Below, piece after piece: positions 1 through 8,488 of a stretch of 61,494 nt of DNA (position 1 is the stretch's first letter; each line of letters opens with the position of its first letter). The DNA comes from Candidatus Limnocylindria bacterium. GTDB lineage: Bacteria > Chloroflexota > Limnocylindria > QHBO01. The DNA lies in contig JBBRWZ010000004.1 in the NCBI GenBank assembly GCA_038248895.1, positions 1 to 61,494 of the forward strand, given 5' to 3'. The notes beneath the pieces were generated by a model, which did not search any database, was not told the DNA's origin, and worked only from the letters and a program-made list of their open reading frames with translations. The position numbers and the translations under genes are program-made.

Positions 1-38
1 GCGTGCTGCGCAACGGGGACGAGCTCTTCCTCCGTCAT
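1..38 (-). CDS. possible 5' end of a gene running off the left edge (MTEEELVPVAQH...)
   Basis: ATG at 38 on the minus strand, open to the edge and divergent from the next gene; too short to identify. Confidence 0.3.
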   Translation of the reverse strand, partial: MTEEELVPVAQH

Positions 39-59
39 CGGTTCGGCTAGCATCGGTCC

Positions 60-947
60 ATGCTCGACCTCGGCCAGACCGGTGTCTGGGGCCACCTCGA
101 CACCCTAGCCATCGACGACCTGCGCGACTACGCGCGCCGCGTGGAGGCGCTCGGCTTCGGGACGCTGTGGGTGCCGGAGACCGTTGGTCGTCACCCGTTC
201 ACGCTGCTGGCGCTGCTGGCGGGCGAGACGACGACGCTCAACCTCGGCACCAGCATCGTCAACATCTGGGGCCACGATGCGCAGGCGACGAAGGCCGCCG
301 CCCTCACCCTGGGCGAGGCGACCGGGGGCCGTTTCGTGCTCGGCCTGGGCGTGTCGCACCCCCACCTCGTCACCAAGCTGCGCGGCCACGACTACCAGCG
401 GCCGCTGACGACGATGCGCGCGTACCTCGCCGCCTACCGCACCGCGCCATGGAAGGGGCCGCCCGTCGCGAATGAGCCGCCGATCATGCTGGCCGCGCTG
501 CGCGACCGGATGCTGTCTCTCGCCGCGACCGAGACCGATGGCGCCTTCCCGTACCTCGTGACGCCCGACCGCGTGCGCCACATGCGTGGCGTGATCGACG
601 CCGCCCGGACCGATGGCGCCCGCCCCGTCATGGCGGTGTCATGCCCCGCCGTGCACGAGAGCGATGCGGATGCGGCGCGTGCCGCCGCGCGCGGCTATCT
701 CGCGCCGTACTTGCGCACGCCCGCTTACCAGGCCGCGTGGGAGCTCCAGGGCTTCGACGCCTCGGACTGGGAGCAGCCGGCGAGCGACCGCCTCGTCGAC
801 GCCATGGTGGCGTGGGGCGACGCCGATGCGATTCGCGCGCGGATCGCCGCGCACGTCGACGCCGGGGCCGATCACGTGGCGATCATCCCGCTCACGCCCG
901 AGGGTGTGACGGAGCACCTGCCCCTCCTCGAGGCGCTCGCGCGCTAG
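60..947 (+). CDS. LLM-class (luciferase-like), probably F420-dependent oxidoreductase
   Basis: LGFGTLWVPE, GTSIVNIW, GRFVLGLGVSH and AGADHV motifs; TAGCAT -10 six nt before ATG. Confidence 0.85.
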   Translation: MLDLGQTGVWGHLDTLAIDDLRDYARRVEALGFGTLWVPETVGRHPFTLLALLAGETTTLNLGTSIVNIWGHDAQATKAAALTLGEATGGRFVLGLGVSHPHLVTKLRGHDYQRPLTTMRAYLAAYRTAPWKGPPVANEPPIMLAALRDRMLSLAATETDGAFPYLVTPDRVRHMRGVIDAARTDGARPVMAVSCPAVHESDADAARAAARGYLAPYLRTPAYQAAWELQGFDASDWEQPASDRLVDAMVAWGDADAIRARIAAHVDAGADHVAIIPLTPEGVTEHLPLLEALAR

Positions 948-1045
948 CGCGTCTCGACGGCCGCGGCGCGCTCCTCGCGGGTGATGCCGTAGACGAACAG
1001 CCGCAGGATCAGGCGCGGGGTCTCGATGGTGGGTTGGGGCGGCAT
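944..1045 (-). pseudogene. internally deleted RimJ/RimL-type GNAT remnant (33 aa)
   Basis: translates as MPPQPTIETPRLILRLFVYGITREERAAAVETR*; the family's typical N-terminal (IETPRLILR) and C-terminal (VYGITREE) motifs are directly joined. Confidence 0.6.
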
Positions 1046-1074
1046 GCTCGCATCATGCACGTATCATCAATCGC

Positions 1075-2295
1075 ATGACCACGGCCCTCGGGTGGCGAGC
1101 CGACCTCGCGCTCGTCGCGCGCTACGTCGGCGTGGTGGCGTTCGCCTCCACCGCCTACATCGGTGCGTTCACCGCCGGTGCGCTGGCCGCGCCAGAGCTC
1201 TCCGGCGAGCGTGCCACCTCCGGCCTGCCCAACGCCATCGGGATCGGCGCGACCGCGGTCGCGGCATCGGTGCTCTCGATCGTCATGGCCCGCCGCGGCC
1301 GTCGGGCCGGGCTCGTGAGCGGGTTCGCGCTGGGCGTCATCGGCGCGTTCGTGGCGCTCGTCGCGCTCCTCTCAGGGTCCCTCGCCATTCTCCTCGTCGG
1401 CGCGGCGGCGCTCGGCGTCAGCAACGCCGCCATCCAGCTGACGCGCTACGCCGCCTCGGACGGCATCGTGCCGGAGCGCCGCGCGCGGGTCATTGGCCTC
1501 GTGGTGTGGGGCAGCACGGTGGGTGCCGTGCTCGGCCCGAACCTGCTCGGTCCCGCCGCAGCCATCGCCGGCATGCTGGGACGCGATCGGCTCGAGGGCG
1601 CCTTCGGCCTCACGTTCCTGGCCATGCTCGGCGCGCTGCTCCTCTCGATGACGCTCCCCGCCGGACGCCCGGTGCGTGATGCGGTCGTGGCGGCCACGCC
1701 GGCGGCGTCGCGCTGGCAGCTGCTCGGACAGCGGACGGTGCAGGTCGCGCTGGTGGGCATGGTGGCGAGCCAGGCGGTGATGATGCTGCTCATGACCATG
1801 ACGCCGCTCCACGTCCAGGAGGGCGGCCACGACATCGGTACGGTTGGCCTCGTCATCAGCGCGCATACGCTCGGCATGTTTGCGCTCTCGCCCATATCGG
1901 CGCTGCTCGTCGGGAGGTTCGGGGCGATCCGGATCATGCTCGCCGGCTTTGGCGTGCTGGCCCTCGCCGGTGCGCTGGCCGCAGCCTCGCAGGAGGCGGT
2001 CCCGCTGCTCGCCCTCGCCCTCTTCCTGCTCGGCTGGGGATGGAGCCTCAGCTTCGTGGCCGGCAGCAGCCTCCTGGCGCGGGGCGTCGAGTCCGCGGCA
2101 CGGGTGCGCCTGCAGGGCACGACGGACACGCTCGTCTGGGGTGCCGGGGCGGTGGCGAGCCTCAGCGCCGGGCCGCTGCTCGGCTCGTTCGGCTACGCGT
2201 CGCTCGGTGCGATCGTGGCGGTCGCGATGGTCATCCCGGTCGCGGCCATCATCGTCCTGCGCGGACCGATGTCGGGGGCCACACAGCCGGCCTGA
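1075..2295 (+). CDS. MFS transporter
   Basis: 406 aa, about 12 hydrophobic segments, motif-A-like MARRGRRAG. Confidence 0.85.
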   Translation: MTTALGWRADLALVARYVGVVAFASTAYIGAFTAGALAAPELSGERATSGLPNAIGIGATAVAASVLSIVMARRGRRAGLVSGFALGVIGAFVALVALLSGSLAILLVGAAALGVSNAAIQLTRYAASDGIVPERRARVIGLVVWGSTVGAVLGPNLLGPAAAIAGMLGRDRLEGAFGLTFLAMLGALLLSMTLPAGRPVRDAVVAATPAASRWQLLGQRTVQVALVGMVASQAVMMLLMTMTPLHVQEGGHDIGTVGLVISAHTLGMFALSPISALLVGRFGAIRIMLAGFGVLALAGALAAASQEAVPLLALALFLLGWGWSLSFVAGSSLLARGVESAARVRLQGTTDTLVWGAGAVASLSAGPLLGSFGYASLGAIVAVAMVIPVAAIIVLRGPMSGATQPA

Positions 2296-2303
2296 GCCAC
2301 GCC

Positions 2304-2984
2304 TCAGCCGAGGTGGCGACGCAGGAACTCGACGGTGCGGGCGTAGGCCAACTCGGCGGCATCCGGGTCGTACTCCGGCCGGTCCGACTCGAAGAACCAG
2401 TGCTTCGTGCCGGGATAGACGCGGATCGCCTCGTCGCCGAGGCCGGCGGCGAGCTTCGCCCGCTCGTCGGCGTCGCCGAACTCGTCGTCTTCGGCGAACT
2501 GGGCGAGGTACGGGATGCCATCGGGCGGCGCGAACTCGCCGCCGTAGAAGTTGACGAGGGCGGCGATGTCGTCGTGGTCCTTTGCCACGACATTCGCGTA
2601 CCAGGCGCCGAAGCTGAGGCTGACGATCCCGGCATGCTCGCCGCGCACGTCGGGATGGGCGAGCAGGTGGGCCAGCACGTCCTTCACGCGGCCCTCGATG
2701 CGGTCCGGGCTGAGGCCGCTGCCGTTGTTCTCGGCGCGGCCCTCGATGGCGTCCACCCACGCCCCTGCGTCCTCGCGACGCGTGAAGACGCGGCCGTCGA
2801 AGAGGTCGGGTGCCATGACGGTGAAGCCGTCGCCCGCGAGGCGGTCGGCGAGGGCCCGGATGACGTCGTTGAGGCCCCACCAGGTGTGGAGGAGGAGCAC
2901 CGGCGGCCCCGGTGACGGGCGTGCCGGTGCGAGGTGGGTATCGGTGTCGCCGGCGGCGGACTGGATGCGAAGCGTCTCTCCCAT
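2304..2984 (-). CDS. dienelactone hydrolase family alpha/beta hydrolase
   Basis: LHTWWGLN, APDLFDG, YPGTKHWF motifs; start placed at ATG 2984, 7 nt after a TATGCT -10. Confidence 0.85.
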   Translation of the reverse strand: MGETLRIQSAAGDTDTHLAPARPSPGPPVLLLHTWWGLNDVIRALADRLAGDGFTVMAPDLFDGRVFTRREDAGAWVDAIEGRAENNGSGLSPDRIEGRVKDVLAHLLAHPDVRGEHAGIVSLSFGAWYANVVAKDHDDIAALVNFYGGEFAPPDGIPYLAQFAEDDEFGDADERAKLAAGLGDEAIRVYPGTKHWFFESDRPEYDPDAAELAYARTVEFLRRHLG

Positions 2985-3044
2985 GTGAGGGAGCATACCC
3001 GTGGACGCCTGGCAGTGCCGCCGCTCGCAACGGGCCTTCCCCAA

Positions 3045-3062
3045 ATAGAACGCACGTTCTAT
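3045..3062. promoter_or_regulatory. LexA SOS box (Cheo type GAAC-N4-GTTC) overlapping the dnaE2 -10
   Basis: ATAGAAC-GCAC-GTTCTAT with perfect 7-bp arms, 13 bp upstream of dnaE2; TATCAT -10 at 3060-3065. Confidence 0.9.
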
Positions 3063-3075
3063 CATTCGGCGTCCG

Positions 3076-6000
3076 ATGACCATGACGGACACCTCGTACG
3101 CCTCGTACGCCCCCTACGCCGAGCTCCACGCCCACAGCAACTTCAGCTTCCTCGATGGCGCGTCGCACCCCGAGGAGCTCGTGGCGACCGCGGCGTTGCT
3201 GGGCCTGCCAGCATTGGCGATCACCGACCACGCCGGCATGTACGGCGCCGTGCGGCTCTGGAAGGCGGCGCGCGAGACCAGGACCGATGCGGCTCGCGAG
3301 GCGGGGCTGCGGCCGGTGCGCCCGATCATCGGTCTCGAGGTGGCGATCCCGCGTGACGAGGGGGAGCTCCGCGCCGCGCACCGCGGCCGCAAGCTCAACG
3401 ACCCGCACCGCGGGGAGCGTGCGAGCCGTGGCTGGCCCGGCGAGCTGCATGCCGGACCGATCCCCGGCGATCACCTCGTCCTGCTGGCGCGCGACGCGAC
3501 CGGCTACGCCGCGCTCTCGCGGCTCGCCTCGCGCGGCCACCTCGCCGGGGAGAAGCAGTTCCCCGTCTTCGAACGCGCCCTCGTCGAGGCCACGCTCGAC
3601 GACGCGCGCGGCCATCTCGTCGCGCTCACCGGCTGTCGCAACGGGGAGGTGCCACGGCACCTGCTGGCTGGCGACCCCGCCGCCGCGCGGGCTGCCGCGA
3701 AGCGTTTGGCGCACCACCTGCCCGACGGCGATCTCCTGGTTGAGCTGGGCCACCACCTCGCTCCCGACGACGACTGGCTCGTGGCGCAGCTCGCCGAGCT
3801 GGCGGACGCGACCGGCCTGCCGACGGTCGTCACCAACGAGGTGCACCACGCCACGCGCGACGGGAAGCGGCTCCAGGACGTGCTCGTCTGCATCCGCCAC
3901 GGCGCCACGCTCGATGAGGCGCGCGAGCTCCTGCTTCCCAACGCCGAGCACGTGTTGAAGGATGCCGCCGAGCTGGCGAGCATCGGTCGTGGCCTGCCCG
4001 ACCAGCGCAGCCGCCGCGCGTGGGCGGACGGGATGGCGCGCGCCGGCGACATCGGTCTGGCGTGCGAGCTGGACCTCGACTTCGAGCGTTACCGGTTTCC
4101 CGGGTTCACGGTCCCCGAGGGCGAGACGCCGTTCTCATATCTCTACCAGCTTGCCCACGATGGCTTACGCGTCCGTTATCGGCCCATTACCAAGCGCGCC
4201 CTGAACCAGCTGACGCACGAGCTCGACATCATCGACCGCACCAACCTCTCGGAGTTCTTCCTCATCGTCTGGGACCTGATGGAGTTCGCGCGGCGCGGGA
4301 AGATCATTGGCCAGGGGCGGGGGAGCGCCGGCGACTCGATCGTGGCCTACTGCCTGGGCATCACCAAGGTCGACCCGATCGCCCACAAGCTCCTCTTCGA
4401 GCGCTTCATCAACGAGGCGCGCGCGCTGCCGGACATCGACATCGACGTCGATGTGCACCGCCGCGAGGAGGTGATCCAGTACCTCTACACCCGCTACGGC
4501 GAGGACCACGCCGCCATGGTCTGCACCGTCATCACCTACCGCGCCCGCTCGGCGGTGCGCGAGGTGGCGAAGGCGCTGGGCTTCCCGACCGATGCGGTCG
4601 ACCGCCTGGCGAAGGCGCTCGACACCCGTGATGCGACCGATGTCGCCCGCGACCTCGCCCTCGACGGCTCGTTCGCCTGGCTCTTCGATGAGCTGGGGAT
4701 CGAGATGGGGGAGGCGGCCATTCCGCCGGGTCGAGACGGACGCGCCGATCCGGGGCTGGTGGGGCGCAGCTCCGATTCGTCGTGGAACCATCGGCCGCGG
4801 CCGATGCTCGACCCGGGTGCCGTGGACGGGGCCGCGGCGCGCCCGGTGAGCGAGGGCGGCTGGTACCCGCCGCGCAAGGCGCGCGTGCTCGATGCGTCAT
4901 TCACGACCGTGAAGCACGAGTCGGAGACGACGAAGCGCTACGCGCGCTCCGGAGAGTTGACCGGTGCCGAGCTCACCGGTGCCGAGCTCACCGGTGCCGA
5001 GCTGAGCGGCACCGAATGGAGCGGCGGCGACCTGCGGCTGCCACAGCCGCGCGACAACGGCTCGCCCGGCCCGTCGAGCAGTCGCCCGGCGATCGTCCGC
5101 GTCGACCCGGAGAGCGGAATGCCGATCGAGGAGCGGCGTCGGCCCCGCGTCGTGCCGGAGATGCCGCCGGTTGCCGCACGACTTGATCAGATTGGCGCCA
5201 CGGGACCGCTAAGCCAGGTGCCGGAGGCTCGAATGGGCCGAGCAGGCTCAGAAAGCTATGCAAATCTGCGTATCCAGGGCTTCCCAGCGACCGAGACTGG
5301 TGCTAGCGGTCCCACCACGACCGTTGGACACGAAACGGGTCGGGAAGAGGCGGCGAACCGGAACCAGAACGTGCCACGGAACCAGAACCGATGGCAGTGG
5401 CTCCTCACCCTGTGCGCCGAGATCGACGGCTTTCCACGTCACCTCGGCATCCACGTCGGGGGGATGCTCGTGACGCGGACCCCACTTATCGACCTCGTCC
5501 CGATCGAGCGGGCGACCATGCCCAAGCGGGTCGTGACCCAGTACGACAAGGAGGACATCGAGGCGCTGGGCCTGGTGAAGATCGACCTGCTCAGTCTCCG
5601 CACGCTGGGCGTCGTCAGCGATGCGCTCGACCGGATCGAGCGCGACACGGGACGCAGGATCGACCTCGACGCGCTCGCGCACGACGACCCCGAGGTGTAT
5701 CGGTCCATCCAGTCGGCCGACACGGTGGGCATGTTCCAGATCGAGTCGCGCGCCCAGATGCAGAGCCTCCCCAAGGCGCGGCCGGAGCGCTTCGAGGATC
5801 TCGTCGTCCAGGTCGCGATCATTCGCCCCGGGCCAGTGCAGGGCAACGCCGTCCACCCATACCTGCGACGACGCGCCGGCGAGGAGGAAGTGACCTACGC
5901 GCACCCGAGCCTGCAACCCATCCTGGAGGACACCCTGGGCGTGATCCTCTACCAGGAGCAGGTGATGCAGGTCGCGATCGATGTCTGCGGCTACAGCCCC

Positions 6001-7149
6001 ACCGAGGCGGACATCTTCCGCAAGGCGATGGGCAGCCACCGCTCCCACGCCAAGATGCAGGCGGAGCGTGGCCGTTTCGTGGGCGGGGCCGTGCGCACCG
6101 GGCTCACGGAGGAGGACGCGGAGGCGCTCTTCCAGAAATGCTCCGCCTTCGCCGAGTTTGGCTTCGCCCGCGCCCACGCGGCCGCGTTCGCGAAGATCAC
6201 GTACGACACCGCCTGGCTGAAGCACTACTACCCGGCGCACTACACCGTGGGCGTGCTGAACAACCAGCCGATGGGCTTCTACTCGCCGGCGGTCGTCATC
6301 AACGACGCCAAGCGACACGGCATCCGCGTCCTGCCGATCGACGTCAACGAGTCCGCCTGGGAGCACGACACGCGCCTCGGCAAGCCCGAGCCCGATGCCG
6401 CCACCGCCTGGGTCATCCGCCTCGGGCTGCGCCAGGTGAAGGGGATCGACGAGCGGGCGCGCGAGACGCTCGAGCGTGAACGCGCCATCGGTCCATACGC
6501 GGGCGTCCGCGACTTCGTGGCCCGCACTCAGGTTGGCGAGCAGGTGGTGGAGCGGCTCATCAGCATCGGTGCCTTCGACTGGACCGATGTGCCCCGCCGC
6601 GAGCTCCTCTGGCAGCTGCGCAGCACCCTGCCGGATGCGGATCCGGCGCGTCCCGCGCTGGGCCTGACCGATGACGCCCAGCGCGCGCTGGGCGCCTCAC
6701 TGCCACCGATGAGCGTGGCCGAGCGGGTCGCCGCCGACTACCGCGAGACCGGTGTCAGCCCGCACCTGCATGCCGTCGAGCTGTTCCGCGAGCGCCTCGC
6801 CGAACGCGGCGTCATCACCGTCGCGGCCGCCGCCGAGCTGCGCGACGGGGCCAGGATCCGGATCGCCGGGCTGGGGGTCAGCGTCCAGCACCCGATGACC
6901 GCCAAGAACTTCGTTTTCATCGCGCTCGAGGACGAGTCGGGGATGATCAACGTCACGCTGCGGCCGCAGGTCTACACCGCGCACCGCGCGCTGCTGCATC
7001 GGTCGCCCCTGCTCGTGATCGACGGGAAGCTCCAGGTGGAGGGAGCGGTCCTCAACGTCATCGCGCGGCGGCTGCACACCGTCGACGAGCTGCTCCAGCA
7101 GGAGCCGGGACGCCTCGACCTGGCGAAGCAGCAGCGCATGTTCCGCTGA
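3076..7149 (+). CDS. dnaE2: error-prone DNA polymerase III alpha subunit DnaE2 (ImuC) with large insertion
   Basis: PHP motif ELHAHSNFSFLDG, GRGSAG, catalytic PDIDID, PRHLGIHVGG, GMFQIESRAQM, NNQPMGFYSP, C-terminal OB fold; ends QQRMFR (SRDFR-like); SOS box upstream. Confidence 0.93.
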   Translation: MTMTDTSYASYAPYAELHAHSNFSFLDGASHPEELVATAALLGLPALAITDHAGMYGAVRLWKAARETRTDAAREAGLRPVRPIIGLEVAIPRDEGELRAAHRGRKLNDPHRGERASRGWPGELHAGPIPGDHLVLLARDATGYAALSRLASRGHLAGEKQFPVFERALVEATLDDARGHLVALTGCRNGEVPRHLLAGDPAAARAAAKRLAHHLPDGDLLVELGHHLAPDDDWLVAQLAELADATGLPTVVTNEVHHATRDGKRLQDVLVCIRHGATLDEARELLLPNAEHVLKDAAELASIGRGLPDQRSRRAWADGMARAGDIGLACELDLDFERYRFPGFTVPEGETPFSYLYQLAHDGLRVRYRPITKRALNQLTHELDIIDRTNLSEFFLIVWDLMEFARRGKIIGQGRGSAGDSIVAYCLGITKVDPIAHKLLFERFINEARALPDIDIDVDVHRREEVIQYLYTRYGEDHAAMVCTVITYRARSAVREVAKALGFPTDAVDRLAKALDTRDATDVARDLALDGSFAWLFDELGIEMGEAAIPPGRDGRADPGLVGRSSDSSWNHRPRPMLDPGAVDGAAARPVSEGGWYPPRKARVLDASFTTVKHESETTKRYARSGELTGAELTGAELTGAELSGTEWSGGDLRLPQPRDNGSPGPSSSRPAIVRVDPESGMPIEERRRPRVVPEMPPVAARLDQIGATGPLSQVPEARMGRAGSESYANLRIQGFPATETGASGPTTTVGHETGREEAANRNQNVPRNQNRWQWLLTLCAEIDGFPRHLGIHVGGMLVTRTPLIDLVPIERATMPKRVVTQYDKEDIEALGLVKIDLLSLRTLGVVSDALDRIERDTGRRIDLDALAHDDPEVYRSIQSADTVGMFQIESRAQMQSLPKARPERFEDLVVQVAIIRPGPVQGNAVHPYLRRRAGEEEVTYAHPSLQPILEDTLGVILYQEQVMQVAIDVCGYSPTEADIFRKAMGSHRSHAKMQAERGRFVGGAVRTGLTEEDAEALFQKCSAFAEFGFARAHAAAFAKITYDTAWLKHYYPAHYTVGVLNNQPMGFYSPAVVINDAKRHGIRVLPIDVNESAWEHDTRLGKPEPDAATAWVIRLGLRQVKGIDERARETLERERAIGPYAGVRDFVARTQVGEQVVERLISIGAFDWTDVPRRELLWQLRSTLPDADPARPALGLTDDAQRALGASLPPMSVAERVAADYRETGVSPHLHAVELFRERLAERGVITVAAAAELRDGARIRIAGLGVSVQHPMTAKNFVFIALEDESGMINVTLRPQVYTAHRALLHRSPLLVIDGKLQVEGAVLNVIARRLHTVDELLQQEPGRLDLAKQQRMFR
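4954..5028 (+). repeat. 15-bp tandem repeat x5 (degenerating) encoding ELTGA units inside dnaE2
   Basis: gagttgaccggtgcc/gagctcaccggtgcc/gagctcaccggtgcc/gagctgagcggcacc/gaatggagcggcggc. Confidence 0.9.
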
Positions 7150-7185
7150 CCCACTGACGCTGCGGCGCGGTCTACCATCGGTCGC

Positions 7186-8196
7186 ATGACGACCGACGAG
7201 GAGCCGCGCGGCCGCACCGAGAACGAGCTCCGCGGGCGCACCGAGAACGAGCTCCGCGGGCGCACCGAGCGCTGGCTGCTCGTCGCGCTGGCCGGCTATG
7301 CCGCCGTGGTCGTGGCGCTCATGTTCACGACCGGCCTGCGCATCACGCCCGACGTGCTGGTGGTGGCGCTCGCGCTGGCGGCCGTGCTGATGGGACGGTC
7401 GCGCCTCTTCCTGCGCGACTGGATCCCGTTCGTCGTCATCTTCCTCGCCTATGAGCTGATGCGCGGGATCGCCGACGATGCCGGATTCCCCGTCCACGTG
7501 CAGGACGTCGCGAGCATCGAGCGCGCGCTCTTCGGCGGGACGCTGCCAACCGCCTGGCTGCAGGACCACCTCGCGGCCGCACAGCAGCCGGGGCCGGCCG
7601 CGATCTTCGGGACTGTCCTGTACATGCTCCACTTCGCGCTGCCGGTGGTGACCGGCTTCCTGCTCTGGGTGTGGCGCCGCCCGCGCTACCACGAGTACCT
7701 CGCCGCCTTCGTCCTGCTCAGCTTCGCGGGCTTCCTCACGTTCCTCTTCCTGCCGGTCGCGCCGCCGTGGCTGGCCGCGCAGGAGGGATTCCTGAATGGA
7801 CCGGACGGCAGACCGATCCTCACCTACCTGAAGCCTGACGCCTTCACCGCCATCGCCGAGGCCCTCGGCTACCCGGACGGGCAGGAACTCACCTCGTACG
7901 TCTTCTACGGCGTCAACCCGAACGGCGTCGCGGCGTTCCCGTCGCTCCACGCCGGGTATCCGTTCCTCTCGTTCCTCGTCCTGCGCGGCGCCTTCGGACG
8001 GATCGGCTGGCTCGCGTTGGGGTACGCGATCCTCGTCTGGTGGGCGGTCGTGTTCCTGGGCGATCACTACGTCGTCGATATCGTGGGCGGCGTCGCGTAT
8101 GCCACCGCCGCATATGTCGGCGGGCCGCGGCTTGCCGGGTGGATCGGGGCGGCGTTCCGCTGGCTGCCGTGGCGCCGCGAACGGGCCACAGGTTGA
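7186..8196 (+). CDS. PAP2-superfamily membrane protein (AUR1/IPC-synthase-like, PAP2_3)
   Basis: multiple TM segments, PVAPPW, AAFPSLHAG and DHYVVD motifs. Confidence 0.85.
   Translation: MTTDEEPRGRTENELRGRTENELRGRTERWLLVALAGYAAVVVALMFTTGLRITPDVLVVALALAAVLMGRSRLFLRDWIPFVVIFLAYELMRGIADDAGFPVHVQDVASIERALFGGTLPTAWLQDHLAAAQQPGPAAIFGTVLYMLHFALPVVTGFLLWVWRRPRYHEYLAAFVLLSFAGFLTFLFLPVAPPWLAAQEGFLNGPDGRPILTYLKPDAFTAIAEALGYPDGQELTSYVFYGVNPNGVAAFPSLHAGYPFLSFLVLRGAFGRIGWLALGYAILVWWAVVFLGDHYVVDIVGGVAYATAAYVGGPRLAGWIGAAFRWLPWRRERATG
7207..7269 (+). repeat. 24-bp tandem repeat x2.6 (RGRTENEL) at the PAP2 N-terminus
   Basis: cgcgg(c/g)cgcaccgagaacgagctc repeated. Confidence 0.9.
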
Positions 8197-8205
8197 CGCG
8201 GTCCC

Positions 8206-8377
8206 CGATGAATCGCCGACTTGACGCCAGATGGCGGGCGGGGGCGACGGGTCGCCGATTCATCGGTGTGCCAGGCGCCGGGACGGCCTCCCATGCCCCG
8301 GCAGGCGTCATCCGGACCGATGAATCGAACGGGCGACGCCGGGCGCAGCCACCAGGCGTCAAACCAGCACTTCATCG
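8206..8377. repeat. intergenic four-box palindromic element, copy A
   Basis: CGATGAATCG 8206, CGATTCATCG 8256, CGATGAATCG 8318, CACTTCATCG 8368; two ~60-bp units in inverted orientation. Confidence 0.8.
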
Positions 8378-8407
8378 CGGGGGCGCGCCCGCGCGACACG
8401 GGCAGGC

Positions 8408-8433
8408 GGAACCGAATCGGATAGTGCCGCGTC
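8408..8433 (+). promoter_or_regulatory. putative ECF-sigma promoter
   Basis: GGAACC-N16-CGTC upstream of the DUF2330-like gene. Confidence 0.5.
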
Positions 8434-8488
8434 CGGAACGGTGCTGCGCAGCATCGAATCCAGCATCCCCGAAACGGAGACCGATCCG

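Noticed and set aside
4700-5390. Intein in DnaE2
   Set aside because: No Cys/Ser block A, no terminal His-Asn followed by C/S/T, and no LAGLIDADG motifs.
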